This document shows, piece by piece, positions 31,313-41,780 of a DNA stretch of 64,000 nucleotides. The notes beneath the pieces were generated by a model. It was not told the origin of the DNA, did no database searches, and worked only from the letters and a program-made list of their open reading frames with translations. This DNA comes from a virus (taxonomy: Duplodnaviria > Caudoviricetes): IMG/VR virus record IMGVR_UViG_3300020492_000001, positions 12,305 through 76,304 of that record. The stretch is one strand, 5' to 3'. The stretch's first letter is position 1, and every line of letters begins with the position of its first letter. The translations under genes were made by a program, and so were the position numbers.

Positions 31313-31498
31313 TTAAATTGTAGGTTCTTTTGAAGTTGGAATTAAGTCTAAAATAATATAAGTGTGACAGATATTACGAAGATAATTAGACACATCAGAT
31401 AATTGATGTGTTGCAGGAAATATCAACTCATGTGTTTGGTCGTATGCCTTGAATATTACTTTTATTGATTTATTTACTCCCATATTATTTTGTTCCAT
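31313..31498 (-). CDS. Hypothetical protein
   Basis: 61-aa ORF. Confidence 0.45.
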   Translation of the reverse strand: MEQNNMGVNKSIKVIFKAYDQTHELIFPATHQLSDVSNYLRNICHTYIILDLIPTSKEPTI

Positions 31499-32054
31499 AA
31501 GTTAATGCTATTTTCTTTTGTAAGTAGCTAATATACAAGTTAAGATTGAAATTATCCCAATACGCTGATTTAATTAATGTTTCTTCCATAGTTTTTATAC
31601 GTTCTATTTATTTAAAAGGTTACGTTCTGCTAATAATAATCCAAAATAACTTTTATCAAAAGCTTCTTTATTTTTCTTTTGCACATCGCGCGGATGTAAT
31701 TTAGGAAATCTCTTTTTCCTATCTCTCACTTCACTCTTAGAATATTTAATTGATAATTCTTTCATAATTCGAGAATGTTTTAAATTGTTTTAAAATTAAT
31801 TACTCTTTTTATTTTATTTGCATTATCAACAGTTGTTTGTAACATACTTCCCGAATAAGAACCAAACTTTATTTCTTTCCATAAAGATGAATATAAGTCA
31901 ATCCATTGTACTTTTGTCATTGCTGGCATTCCGTCTAATATTTTTACTTTATTTTCCATGATTGTTATTGTTTGATTTATACACTTATACTATTAATCTA
32001 TTAATAAGGTTACAATTAATTATTTAATTATTTACTTGTTAGTTAAGTTTGTTT

Positions 32055-32300
32055 GTTGAGCCTTTACTGCTAGCGTAAGATTCGAGCTTGTGAGCTAGGT
32101 AAAGGTAGGTGTTTGACGACCTACTTTTACTCATCTGCTGTGGTTGAGTTCTCGCCCATCGCTTTTGGCTGACTAGCGGAAAGTGTTTTACATCCACTCT
32201 AATCATTTAAAAAGTTTTATTATTTATACTCGGGGCAACCTACTATTAGCCACCTACCTTTCGACATAAACTAATCGCACCCCGATTGTATCTCTATTTC
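32055..32300. ncRNA. Candidate structured non-coding RNA (unassigned)
   Basis: GC-elevated ORF-free stretch with several stems (CCTTTAC/GTAAAGG, CTAGC/GCTAG, GTAGGT/ACCTAC, TCGGGG/CCCCGA). Confidence 0.35.
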
Positions 32301-32356
32301 ACTATACGAAGCTATATTAAGGTTTAATAGCACACAACCACTTATGTAGTTGCCGT

Positions 32357-32671
32357 TTAGCCATCCGTTCTATTTAAGTGTTCTTTAATAATATTTACCA
32401 TTATAGGAATAAACTCGATAGGATATGAATTAACAGAACATCCATTAGGAGTTGATGCAAACATTCCTGCTTGTCTAACTTTTTTCGGTTTTGATCCTCC
32501 GAGTTGATAATAAAAAGTAGAAATTTTATTACATAGTAAAATCCATTTATTATAATCGTCTTCAAGTTCTAATGAGACTGAACGGTAAACCCTTAATACA
32601 GTTGGATTGTATTCTAAACTTTCTCTAAGTGGCTTTAATTGAATCATAATAAAATAAAAAAAATCTACCAA
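32357..32671 (-). CDS. Antirepressor-like DNA-binding domain protein (start probably 32647)
   Basis: KKVRQ...SVNSYP pattern recalls phage antirepressor C-terminal domains; own TAAATTTG promoter at ~32768-32775. Confidence 0.4.
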   Translation of the reverse strand: MVDFFYFIMIQLKPLRESLEYNPTVLRVYRSVSLELEDDYNKWILLCNKISTFYYQLGGSKPKKVRQAGMFASTPNGCSVNSYPIEFIPIMVNIIKEHLNRTDG

Positions 32672-32968
32672 TTTACGCCCTGCAAGCTATTGATAGATTT
32701 TCTTTTTAACGAGGAGGTTTTATATTCCTCAAGATTTTATATTGCTTTGCAGGGCAAATATCGTGTTCAAATTTACAAATAATTTCTTTACTACCAAATA
32801 ATTATTAAAAAATAATTCAACTTTGAGTTAAAAATATTAAATTTACACTAGCTTTCAAATAGTTTGTGTTGCTTTTTGACTGATTATTTCTTGTTTTTGT
32901 CCAGCAGAACTCTCGATAATTCGGGAGTTTTGTTTTTTTTGTAACCTTTTTATTTTATTTACGTTAAA

Positions 32969-35900
32969 GTGTATAAATTAAACAATATGAAAACTAAAGA
33001 AGAAATAGAACAGTTATTTAAAAAATGGTGTAATAATGTATCATCATCTGAAAGACTTGCGTATATAGATGGCTACACTCAATGCCAAGAAGATATGGCT
33101 GATATTTCAAAAGTAACAAGGGTTGAAGTTATTGATGAATATGGTAGAAGATATACAAAACATAATTGTAAAGTAGAACTATCTTACCAAGATGATGGCA
33201 GAACTTTAAAAGTATTTATCAACTCACTAAACAAACAAGACTAATATGGACATACTAATATGCATACTAATACAACTTTTGACTTTTATACCTTTTTATT
33301 TAATTTGGAGAAAAGATTGCAAGGAAATAGGAAAAGATAATTTAGCCGTAAGTTTATCAGAAAGATTTTTTTATTGGTTAATTCTTTGTCCTATTTGGAT
33401 ATTAGGTTTTATAAAATAATAACAACTAAAAACAACTAAAAACAAATAAAAATGACACCAAAAGAAAAAGCAATGGAATTAGTGGATAAATTTTATCAAT
33501 CAACTCCTAATGAAAGTTGGATTAATCAACCAATAGGATTAAAAAAAGAATATAAAGCATGGGAACAAGCCAAACAATGCGGTTTAATAGCAGTTGATGA
33601 GATAATAAAACAAGAATCAACTTATGATCCATCAATAAGCGACATCTTATTTTGGAAATTAGTTAAAGAAGAAATAAATCAAATTAATAATTAAAAACAA
33701 ATAAAAAAATGGAAACACCAGAAATTAAACAGTTAAAAAAACAAATAGAGTATTTAGAAAATGACTTAGAATTAGCAGATAAAAAAGTAATAACATCATC
33801 TTATTGGTATTTTGCAAAAGGCTTATTACTTGGTGCTATTATTATGTACTTATTAATTAATTAACCAATAAAAATAAATAAAATGACAAAAAGAACAATT
33901 AAAATTAAAGAACTAATAAGTGGACAAGTTGATATGGGAACATTTGGACTTGTAGAACTTGAGTTACTTGCTATTGAAAAAGAAATTGAAGAATTAAAAA
34001 CCAATAATTCAAAAATCATTTGGGAAAATGCTTGTAAAGCACAAATGGAATTAGTTTATGAACATTGTACACATTCACCACAAGGAACTAATGGACATGC
34101 TATTAAACATTGGGTAAAAAAAGCAGAATTTAAACAAGACTAATATTAACAACTAAAAACAAATAAAATGGAAACAAACAATTTAACACCAGTACAATGG
34201 TTTGCGTCAAAATCGGAGGATTTAAGAGGTAAACTTACATTAGGGGCTATTTCTCCTATTGAATATTATGAAGAATTAAATAATGTTCTTAAAGTAGCAT
34301 TGGAAATGGAACAACAAAACATTAACAACTAAAAACTATGAAAACTATAATATCTTATATAATTTATTTTTTTGTGTGCAGAAAAAATGGACATACAATA
34401 CGAAAAATACATCCTAAATACCCATCAAGATTTTGTTCTAAATGTCTTCAAGAAATTAACAAATAAAAACATGAAAATTAACAAAAAGATTAAAATCAAA
34501 GGCTGTGCTTGTTATGGTGTTAATTCTATACACCCTTGCTTTTGCAGTTTTTATGTGAATAAAACAATTGAAAAAAAAAATAAACTTAAAGAAAAACTAA
34601 CAACTAAAAACAAATAAAATGACACCAAAAGAAAAAGCAATAGAATTAGCAGATAAATATTTTCCTGTAGTAGGCGATATTGATAGAATGAAATGTAACT
34701 CTCCAAGAATATATATGGGTTTTGTTGTACAATGTGCTTTAATAGCAGTTGATGAAATATATAATGGTGGCTTGAATTTACGTTATGGAGCTTATTTAGA
34801 TGAATTTGAAGATAAACAAAACTATTATTCTTATTGGGAAGATGTTAAAAAAGAAATAAATCAATTAATAACTAAAAACAAATAAAAAATGGAAACAAAT
34901 GCAAAAATTAAAGCAGAACAAATTTTAAAAGATTTGTGTAAAATAATAACTGCTCCAAGTGGTCAAGATGCAAGGGTGTCAAATATTGATAAACTTGTTG
35001 CTAAAAATTGTGCAATTTATATGATTGATAAATTGTGTGAAGAGTTAGATTTTACTGATGGCAGAAATGAATTAATGGCAAATATTGCCTATGAGATTAA
35101 TAATAACAACTAACAATTAAATGAAAACAAGGGAAGAGATAGAAAATATAATACCGAATACTGGGTATGGGTTATCATATAATTATGATGATGGTTTTAT
35201 TGATGGCTACACTCAATGCCAAGAAGATATAAAGGGATATATTTTTGAAGTAGCATTTCAATTTCATAGATTAGGCAAATATAGTGGCAATACAAGCGAT
35301 ACTCATTTTACTGATATTTATGAAGAAACAATTAACTCACTAAACAAATAAAAATGGAAAAGAAACAAACAGCAGTAGAATGGTTTTATCAAAGAATATT
35401 AGCAAAAGATATTGAATCAGTATTTGAACAAGCCAAAGAAATGGAAAAGCAACAGATAATAGATGCTAATATGGCAGGACAAAAGTTTATAGGAGCAGTC
35501 CCAGGTCATTATAAAAATGATGCAGAACAATACTACAATGAAACATTTAAAAAAGACTGACATGAAAAGATTTTGGAATATAATACATAATTGTATAGCA
35601 CATCCATTACTTATTACAAACAAAAAATGGGCTGATAGATTTCATGATTGGACAGCTGAAAAAATGTAAATAAATAAAAACTAATAACTTAAAATCAATT
35701 AATATGAGTGAAATAGATTTAAAAATAATAAATGAAATACAGGTCATCCTTGAAAAACTTAATGCTAATACTGAATTATTAAGCATCATTAATAGCTGGA
35801 AAGATACTTTAAATGATGAACAGATTTTGAATGAATTAGTAAGAATAAATAATTCAATAGAAGTCAAAATAACTGAACATGAAGATTTATTTAAATCAAT

Positions 35901-36447
35901 TATGATTCTTTATAATGATTGTGTAAGAATAAGAGGAAATGCAATTACACAAAAAGAAGCAAATATTATAATTGAAAATAAATATGACGCTGGTTTTTTT
36001 GCTGGAGTAGAAAAAACATATCAAAATACTGAAAGATTATTGTATGATATTATAAATGATTATAATTTTAGATTATTTATAAAAAGAATATGAAAAAAAC
36101 AAAATGGAATCCTTATAATGTTGATATAACAGTAAGTGATATGCACCAAATAGCTAAATTCTTTAAAATAGTTAAGAATTACATTAAAATAAAAACATTA
36201 ACAACTAAAAACAAATAAAAAAATGGAAAAAGTAAATTTAAATGATGCAATCAATAGAGTTTGTGTAGAAATTATAAACGACAAAAGTTACAGAATTGGT
36301 TGGGAAGCTAATATTGCAATGGCTTTTAAAGATGCATTTTATTTTTCAGGACATAAGCATAACAATGAAATTGTGCATGAAGTTGCTAATAAAGCTGCTG
36401 CTAATTTTCTTGACCAATTAATTAGCAAAGATGTGGAAAAAGACTAA
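32969..36447 (+). other. Cluster of about 14 short mosaic hypothetical genes with repeated leaders
   Basis: ORFs 32969-33244, 33452-33694, 33883-34143, 34619-34885, 34889-35113, 35121-35351, 35354-35560, 35704-36093, 36223-36447 plus shorter ones (starts 33709, 34168). Leader ACTAAAAACAAATAAAA repeated; paralogous TPKEKA and DGYTQCQED families. Confidence 0.7.
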
Positions 36448-36468
36448 TAACTAAAAACAAACAAGACA

Positions 36469-36681
36469 ATGAAAACTAAACTAGACGTAATAAGCACTCA
36501 AATAAAGTCATTAGAGTACGATACAGAAACTAATATTCTTATAGTAACCTTTATGCAAGATAAAAAGTATGAATACTCTGATGTGTCCGCAGAAGAGTTT
36601 AGAAAGTTGATTGAGGCTGAGAGTATTGGACGACACTTCAATTTATATTTTAAAGGAGTATATCCTTACAAACAGATATAA
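36469..36681 (+). CDS. KTSC domain protein
   Basis: STQIKSLEYD...LIVTF...YEYSDV...AESIGRHFN matches the KTSC pattern. Confidence 0.85.
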   Translation: MKTKLDVISTQIKSLEYDTETNILIVTFMQDKKYEYSDVSAEEFRKLIEAESIGRHFNLYFKGVYPYKQI

Positions 36682-36806
36682 TTTATTACTTTTACAATCA
36701 GGGAAACCTATCGTTCTTTATATTGTTTGTTTAACAACTATCAGCAGACCTCGTAAAACTACTTAACGGTGGATTTATTAAAACAACGAGTAATCTGCTG
36801 ATAACC

Positions 36807-36880
36807 GTGGAAGTAAGTCTCAGTGGCTAGAGCTTGGGGAAAAACCCGCCAGTGCATAGGTTCGAATCCTATCTTCTACA
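36807..36880 (+). tRNA. Degenerate tRNA-like element, anticodon undetermined
   Basis: Acceptor GTGGAAG/CTTCTAC, D-loop AGTGG, T-arm ATAGG-TTCGAAT-CCTAT; anticodon arm non-canonical (GGGG-AAAAA-CCC). Confidence 0.55.
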
Positions 36881-36885
36881 CAAAT

Positions 36886-36958
36886 TGTCTGATGGTGTAA
36901 CTGGCAACACGACTGATTTTGGTTCAGTAGAGTCTAAGTTCGAGCCTTAGTCAGACAA
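36886..36958 (+). tRNA. trnQ: tRNA-Gln (anticodon TTG)
   Basis: Acceptor TGTCTGA/TCAGACA, D-stem GTGT/ACAC, anticodon arm ACTGA-TTTTGGT-TCAGT, T-arm CTAAG-TTCGAGC-CTTAG. Confidence 0.9.
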
Positions 36959-36986
36959 CGAGCTAGTTCGAGTCTAGTCGCTAACC

Positions 36987-37228
36987 GAGCGTCATAATGA
37001 CGGCAGGGACATAAAAAATCCTACAAGGCAGGTTTGACTGATGGAAAGACATCAAATATTAAAGCCCGTTTGACGACTCGGCGGATGAAGAAGAAAGACT
37101 GCAATACCTAGGTAAGTTGTAGTAATAGAGTCGTAGTATTAAAACCATGGCGGTGGTAAAAATAATAGGTGCCAAGACACTCAGTTTAAACATTGGTAAA
37201 TGAAGGACGTTCAGCCTATTGTTTTTTT
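36987..37228 (+). ncRNA. Candidate structured RNA downstream of tRNAs
   Basis: ORF-free; stems CGTCA/TGACG, TGATG-GAAAGA-CATCA, ACGACTC/GAGTCGT, ACTGCAA/TTGTAGT, AATAGG/CCTATT followed by a U-run. Confidence 0.35.
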
Positions 37229-37308
37229 TAACTCAACTTTGAATTATTTTCTATAATAATTGTAACCTTTCTTATTCTATTATCGTATAACCTTTTAAAT
37301 TAATAATC

Positions 37309-37809
37309 ATGGAAAAGTATAAACACAAGAAAACAGGAATCATTGTAGAAATTGGAGTAAGTAACAAGAACTATTACTATGCTTATAAAGAATGTGAAGC
37401 TATTGCTAAATGGGTAGTAGAAGATTCTTTAGATTGGGAAGAAGTAAAAGAAGAATCTAATCCATGGCATATAGAAAAGAAACCTAAAATATACACTACT
37501 ACTGACGGTGTGGATATATTTGAAAAGAATTTTACTGTATTATATTTACTAAGTAAAGAATTAACTATTCCATCACAAAATATTGTTGTTGTTCACAGTT
37601 TCTCTAAACAAGATAAGGAAGTGGCGGATAGATACTTAACGTTCACTTCAGAAGAAAACAGAGCTAAATATGTAGACGAAAACAATCCTAAATATAGTTT
37701 GGCGGACATTGAAAACTGCTACCCTCATGCTAATGTTACAGGAAACAGAATTAAAGATATTCCTGTAGTAGCAGCCTTATTCAGTAATCTTAAAAAATTA
37801 GGTAAGTAG
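37309..37809 (+). CDS. Hypothetical protein
   Basis: 166-aa ORF after the promoter motif at 37262. Confidence 0.65.
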   Translation: MEKYKHKKTGIIVEIGVSNKNYYYAYKECEAIAKWVVEDSLDWEEVKEESNPWHIEKKPKIYTTTDGVDIFEKNFTVLYLLSKELTIPSQNIVVVHSFSKQDKEVADRYLTFTSEENRAKYVDENNPKYSLADIENCYPHANVTGNRIKDIPVVAALFSNLKKLGK

Positions 37810-37812
37810 TAT

Positions 37813-39378
37813 ATGATAAAGAACTTGCGTGGATACCAACAAGAAGTAATATGTAAAGTAGAAGATGCTTTAAAATCAGGAGTTAGCCGCCAGCTTGTTT
37901 GTATGGCAACTGGTTTAGGTAAAACTTTTACGGCAGTCAAGATAGTTGAGAAGCTACAATTCAAGCGTATTTTATGGATTACACATAACGAGGAGTTAAT
38001 CCAACAATCTGGACTTGCATTCCTTAAAGATAAGTTTGACGATACATTTGCTAAACACGTTCAAGATATAGGCTTCTTAGATTGGGTTGATAAACATAAC
38101 TGTAATTTCGGAAACCATACAGGAACGTTTAAAATGGGTGCAATTAAAGCCTCTGTATTTAAGATTAATGCAGAAGTTACTATGGCATCAGCACAAACTC
38201 TCTACAGAAGACTAGATAAGATTCCATTTGATTATTTCGATTGCATCGTAGTTGATGAATGTCACCTCTTCATGGCCAAGACGTTCCTACAGCCATTAGA
38301 ATACTTTAAGCCTAAATTACTACTTGGACTTACCGCCACGCCGCATCGTATGGACGGCTTATCTCTAGGCAACATATTTGAGCAAATAACCTATGAGTAT
38401 AATATAGGACAAGGTATTAAAGATGGTTACTTATGTGAGTTAGACGGAATAAGAGTACAAACTAATGTGTCATTAGATAACGTAAGAACAACCGCAGGAG
38501 AACTTAATCAGAAGGATTTAGCAGATGAAGTAAATATTCCTAGACGTAACCAATTAATTATAGATAAATACAAGGAATACGCTGATGGAAGACAAGGAAT
38601 ATTCTTTTGTGTAGACATTCAACACGCTTGCGATTTAGCGGATATGTTTATTGAAAATGGTATTAGCTGTAAACCTATTGTTGGAGATGAAGAATTTACT
38701 CCTGATAGAGTTGGTACTATACAAGATTTTAAAGATAGAAAGATACAAGTCCTTACTAATTGCCAGATACTTACTACTGGTTTTGATGAGCCAAACGTAG
38801 GGGTAATCGGTAATGCTTCTCCAACAAAGTCTTTAACTAAGTATATGCAGTCTGTTGGGCGCGGATCAAGATTAAAAGATAAAGAGTTCGTAGATAGATT
38901 TGGACAAAACTGTGTAATCCTAGACTTTGTAGATTCAAGTTCAAGACATAAGTTAATCAATACATGGACACTAGATCAAGGAAAGAACTTAGAGGATAGA
39001 GTATTCTTAACTCAGGATAAGAGAGACTATATATTAGAAGAAAGAGCTAGAAAGTCTGCTAAAGTTGAAAATTTAACTGATAAGGATGAGAGAATAAAGC
39101 TAATTGAATTACCTCCTGCTAAACAATTTGGATGGAAGAAAATGCAAGAAGCGGCAACATCCGCACAATTAAAATACATATCTGATTTAGGACACGATAT
39201 TCAAAACAATACTTACACTAAACAGCAATGCGCGGATATTATATCTTTAGAGCCTTGTAATAAAAAAGAGATAGAATATTTGAAATCTAAAGGATATGAC
39301 ACTACATTTGCCACAAAGGGCCAATACGGCACAATTTACTACGAATTAGAAATGAAAAACAAATGGAAAAAGAAGTAG
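37813..39378 (+). CDS. Superfamily 2 (DExH) helicase
   Basis: LRGYQ Q-motif, ATGLGKT, DECH, TAT, TGFDEP, QSVGRGSR. Confidence 0.9.
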   Translation: MIKNLRGYQQEVICKVEDALKSGVSRQLVCMATGLGKTFTAVKIVEKLQFKRILWITHNEELIQQSGLAFLKDKFDDTFAKHVQDIGFLDWVDKHNCNFGNHTGTFKMGAIKASVFKINAEVTMASAQTLYRRLDKIPFDYFDCIVVDECHLFMAKTFLQPLEYFKPKLLLGLTATPHRMDGLSLGNIFEQITYEYNIGQGIKDGYLCELDGIRVQTNVSLDNVRTTAGELNQKDLADEVNIPRRNQLIIDKYKEYADGRQGIFFCVDIQHACDLADMFIENGISCKPIVGDEEFTPDRVGTIQDFKDRKIQVLTNCQILTTGFDEPNVGVIGNASPTKSLTKYMQSVGRGSRLKDKEFVDRFGQNCVILDFVDSSSRHKLINTWTLDQGKNLEDRVFLTQDKRDYILEERARKSAKVENLTDKDERIKLIELPPAKQFGWKKMQEAATSAQLKYISDLGHDIQNNTYTKQQCADIISLEPCNKKEIEYLKSKGYDTTFATKGQYGTIYYELEMKNKWKKK

Positions 39379-39517
39379 ATAAAACAAAAGTATGTTATAT
39401 CTGTAAGAAACCTACAGAGTATAGCCTACACCCAGTATTTACTTCTGACATGGTAATTATCAAAGGAATAAAACAATGCTTTAAATGCCTATCAAATAAC
39501 TATAAAAACAAATAAAT

Positions 39518-39874
39518 ATGAAAAACAATCCAACAACAGGAAAACGCAAAGAGGCGGATGCTCCAACAAACTTAGTAATAGAAGGTTCTATTGACTATAA
39601 ACTAACTATATCTAAAAAAGGATATGAATTAGAAACTAAGAATAGTATTGATAATGATTTAGCTGCCATGTTACACGCAAGAGGAATAATAGAAATGTAT
39701 AAAAAAGACTCTGAGATGACTAAAGCTCATCCTATTTATAAAATGATGAAGCCTGACAAAAGAAAAGAATTTAATAGTAAGTACGATAAACTAATTCACG
39801 CATCTTATATTATAGAGAAATTATCTGGAAAATTATTAGAAAATGCTATGATAGCTATTAACAAAAAAGATTAA
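39518..39874 (+). CDS. Hypothetical protein
   Basis: 118-aa ORF. Confidence 0.6.
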   Translation: MKNNPTTGKRKEADAPTNLVIEGSIDYKLTISKKGYELETKNSIDNDLAAMLHARGIIEMYKKDSEMTKAHPIYKMMKPDKRKEFNSKYDKLIHASYIIEKLSGKLLENAMIAINKKD

Positions 39875-39878
39875 TGCC

Positions 39879-40124
39879 ATGAAACATAAACGCGAACTTA
39901 AAATTTATAACGGAAGAGTAAAAGTATATGTAGATGGATACGTGATGTTTTCTTTTAATCAAATTGACTTCTTAGGTTATTATGCTTATAAGGACGATAC
40001 TTCACTCTACGGATTAGATATTTATTTATTAAGAGAAAAAGCGGGTGCGTCCACGATGGAAATTTACTTTAAAACTAAAGAGAATTGGCTCGAAATGCTT
40101 AAATTACTTGATACTCATTTGTAA
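39879..40124 (+). CDS. Hypothetical protein
   Basis: 81-aa ORF. Confidence 0.6.
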   Translation: MKHKRELKIYNGRVKVYVDGYVMFSFNQIDFLGYYAYKDDTSLYGLDIYLLREKAGASTMEIYFKTKENWLEMLKLLDTHL

Positions 40125-40180
40125 TTTAATTATTTTGAAAATAAACGTAACCTTTTAAATTTATATACGTTTAAATAGAT

Positions 40181-40310
40181 AGATAACGTTGAGTATATAT
40201 GTTCGGTTGCGATTAATAGCACGAACTTATCAATTTAAACAAAACTTAATAGAATGAACAAAATTTCAAATAAACACGAAACCGCAACTGACATATATAC
40301 TGTGTTATGT
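40181..40310. repeat. attC-like site E1
   Basis: GATAAC-GTTG-AGTATATATG...CATATATACT-GT-GTTATGT. Confidence 0.75.
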
Positions 40311-40706
40311 GCTGCCTTTTGTGGTGCTGGTAAAACATTTATTTGTGATAAAACAGATATAAAGGCAGTTGAAGTTGAATATTGGAAGTATAAAGAAAAA
40401 GGACTGTTCAAAGAATATATTGAAGATGTTAAGAAGTATATCGGTAAGGTAGATTACATCTTTATTGCAACAGAGCCAGAAGGAATGAAATTGCTACATG
40501 ATGAAGGATTTGAAATAACTCTTGTTTACCCAAAAAATGAACTCCGAAACGAATATTTGGATAGATACATTGAGCGTGATAGTCCTTATGATTTTATTGG
40601 AACATTTATGAAGCATTGGCATATATGGATTGATGAACTTAAAGAGCAAAAATATTGTAAGCATATTATTTTGGATTCAGGACAATACTTGCAGAATGTT
40701 CTTTAA
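40254..40706 (+). CDS. Cassette 1: small P-loop NTPase/kinase-like protein
   Basis: Walker A-like AFCGAGKT; starts inside E1. Confidence 0.65.
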   Translation: MNKISNKHETATDIYTVLCAAFCGAGKTFICDKTDIKAVEVEYWKYKEKGLFKEYIEDVKKYIGKVDYIFIATEPEGMKLLHDEGFEITLVYPKNELRNEYLDRYIERDSPYDFIGTFMKHWHIWIDELKEQKYCKHIILDSGQYLQNVL

Positions 40707-40710
40707 GGTT

Positions 40711-40807
40711 GCACATAACGTTTTGCGGCTTGGCGAAGGCTGCCTAACGGATGCTCAATTTTCGCACAAATTTCAATGGCAGCTTTTGCCAAACCGCTGT
40801 TACCTGC
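40711..40807. repeat. attC-like site E2
   Basis: GCACATAAC-GTTTT-GCGGCTTGGCGAAGGCTGCC...GGCAGCTTTTGCCAAACCGC-T-GTTACCTGC. Confidence 0.85.
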
Positions 40808-41114
40808 TGGGCGGTTTATCAGTAGGAACTTAAAAATAATATTCAAAATGTTGCCAAAAGAAAAAGCACAGGAACTTGTAAGCAAGTTTAAAGATTACGT
40901 TCACGGATATGTTGGTAGCTCAATGCTTACCAACCATGAATACCCTGAACAAATTTTATCACAAGCAAAGAAAGTAGCAATTATTGTTGCAGATGAAATG
41001 CTCCATCAATACACTACTTTAAATGCTGATTTAATAAACGCATTGTATCGAACAGAAAAGGTTGTCTTTTGGCAACAGGTCAAAATAGAAATTGATTATG
41101 TGTCGGAATTGTAG
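40776..41114 (+). CDS. Cassette 2: hypothetical protein (PKEKAxEL family)
   Basis: MLPKEKAQELVSKF resembles 33452 and 34619. Confidence 0.6.
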   Translation: MAAFAKPLLPAGRFISRNLKIIFKMLPKEKAQELVSKFKDYVHGYVGSSMLTNHEYPEQILSQAKKVAIIVADEMLHQYTTLNADLINALYRTEKVVFWQQVKIEIDYVSEL

Positions 41115-41118
41115 CCTT

Positions 41119-41255
41119 GCAGGTAACGTTTCGCAGCTATATTTAGTTGCGATTTTGAAAAACAAAAGTTTAATTAATAAATAAAAGTAAATATGAAAAA
41201 CAAAGTTGAAAATAAGAGCAATAATAAGCAATTGAATATACTAGCTGTTAGGCGT
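41119..41255. repeat. attC-like site E3
   Basis: GCAGGTAAC-GTTTC-GCAGCTATATTTAGTTGC...GCAATTGAATATACTAGC-T-GTTAGGCGT. Confidence 0.8.
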
Positions 41256-41636
41256 AGTTTTTTTAACTTCAAGTATAAATGGCCATTAAGAAAATACTGG
41301 CTTAATTGGTTTAAAAGAGATGTTAAGAGATGGTATTATTCTAAAATACACGGTTTTAAAATGGGTGTATTTGATGGAACTATGATTCCAACTACTGGTA
41401 AAGGTAAATATGTATCTGTTTATTCTAAAGGTGAAATAATCCAAATTAAACATGAAAGCGGTTATGAACATTTAGAGTATGATGAAATTAGAATAATACC
41501 ATGTCAAGAAAATCACGGTGTAATGGTTGAAAGATTTAAAACAGGAAAAATGTGCGATAGAAACCACATGGATTTAAAGCAATTTAATAAAGGTATAATT
41601 TTCGCTTCCAATGTTGAACAGTTGGCTGGTCGTTAA
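41193..41636 (+). CDS. Cassette 3: hypothetical protein
   Basis: Starts in the E3 loop. Confidence 0.6.
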   Translation: MKNKVENKSNNKQLNILAVRRSFFNFKYKWPLRKYWLNWFKRDVKRWYYSKIHGFKMGVFDGTMIPTTGKGKYVSVYSKGEIIQIKHESGYEHLEYDEIRIIPCQENHGVMVERFKTGKMCDRNHMDLKQFNKGIIFASNVEQLAGR

Positions 41637-41640
41637 AATT

Positions 41641-41780
41641 ACGCCTAACGTTTTGCAACTTGCATTAGTGCCTTGCAAAAATACGAGTAGCTTCGGATTA
41701 AAAAAGAACACAACAAATAAAAAACAAACATTAAATTAACAACCAAGCCAAAGGCATTGATGCAAATTGCTGTTATGCGC
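41641..41780. repeat. attC-like site E4
   Basis: ACGCCTAAC-GTTTT-GCAACTTGCATTAGTGCCTT...AAGGCATTGATGCAAATTGC-T-GTTATGCGC. Confidence 0.85.

Noticed and set aside
36807-36880. tRNA-Phe or another specific isotype call
   Set aside because: The anticodon stem-loop cannot be folded canonically, so no anticodon can be assigned.
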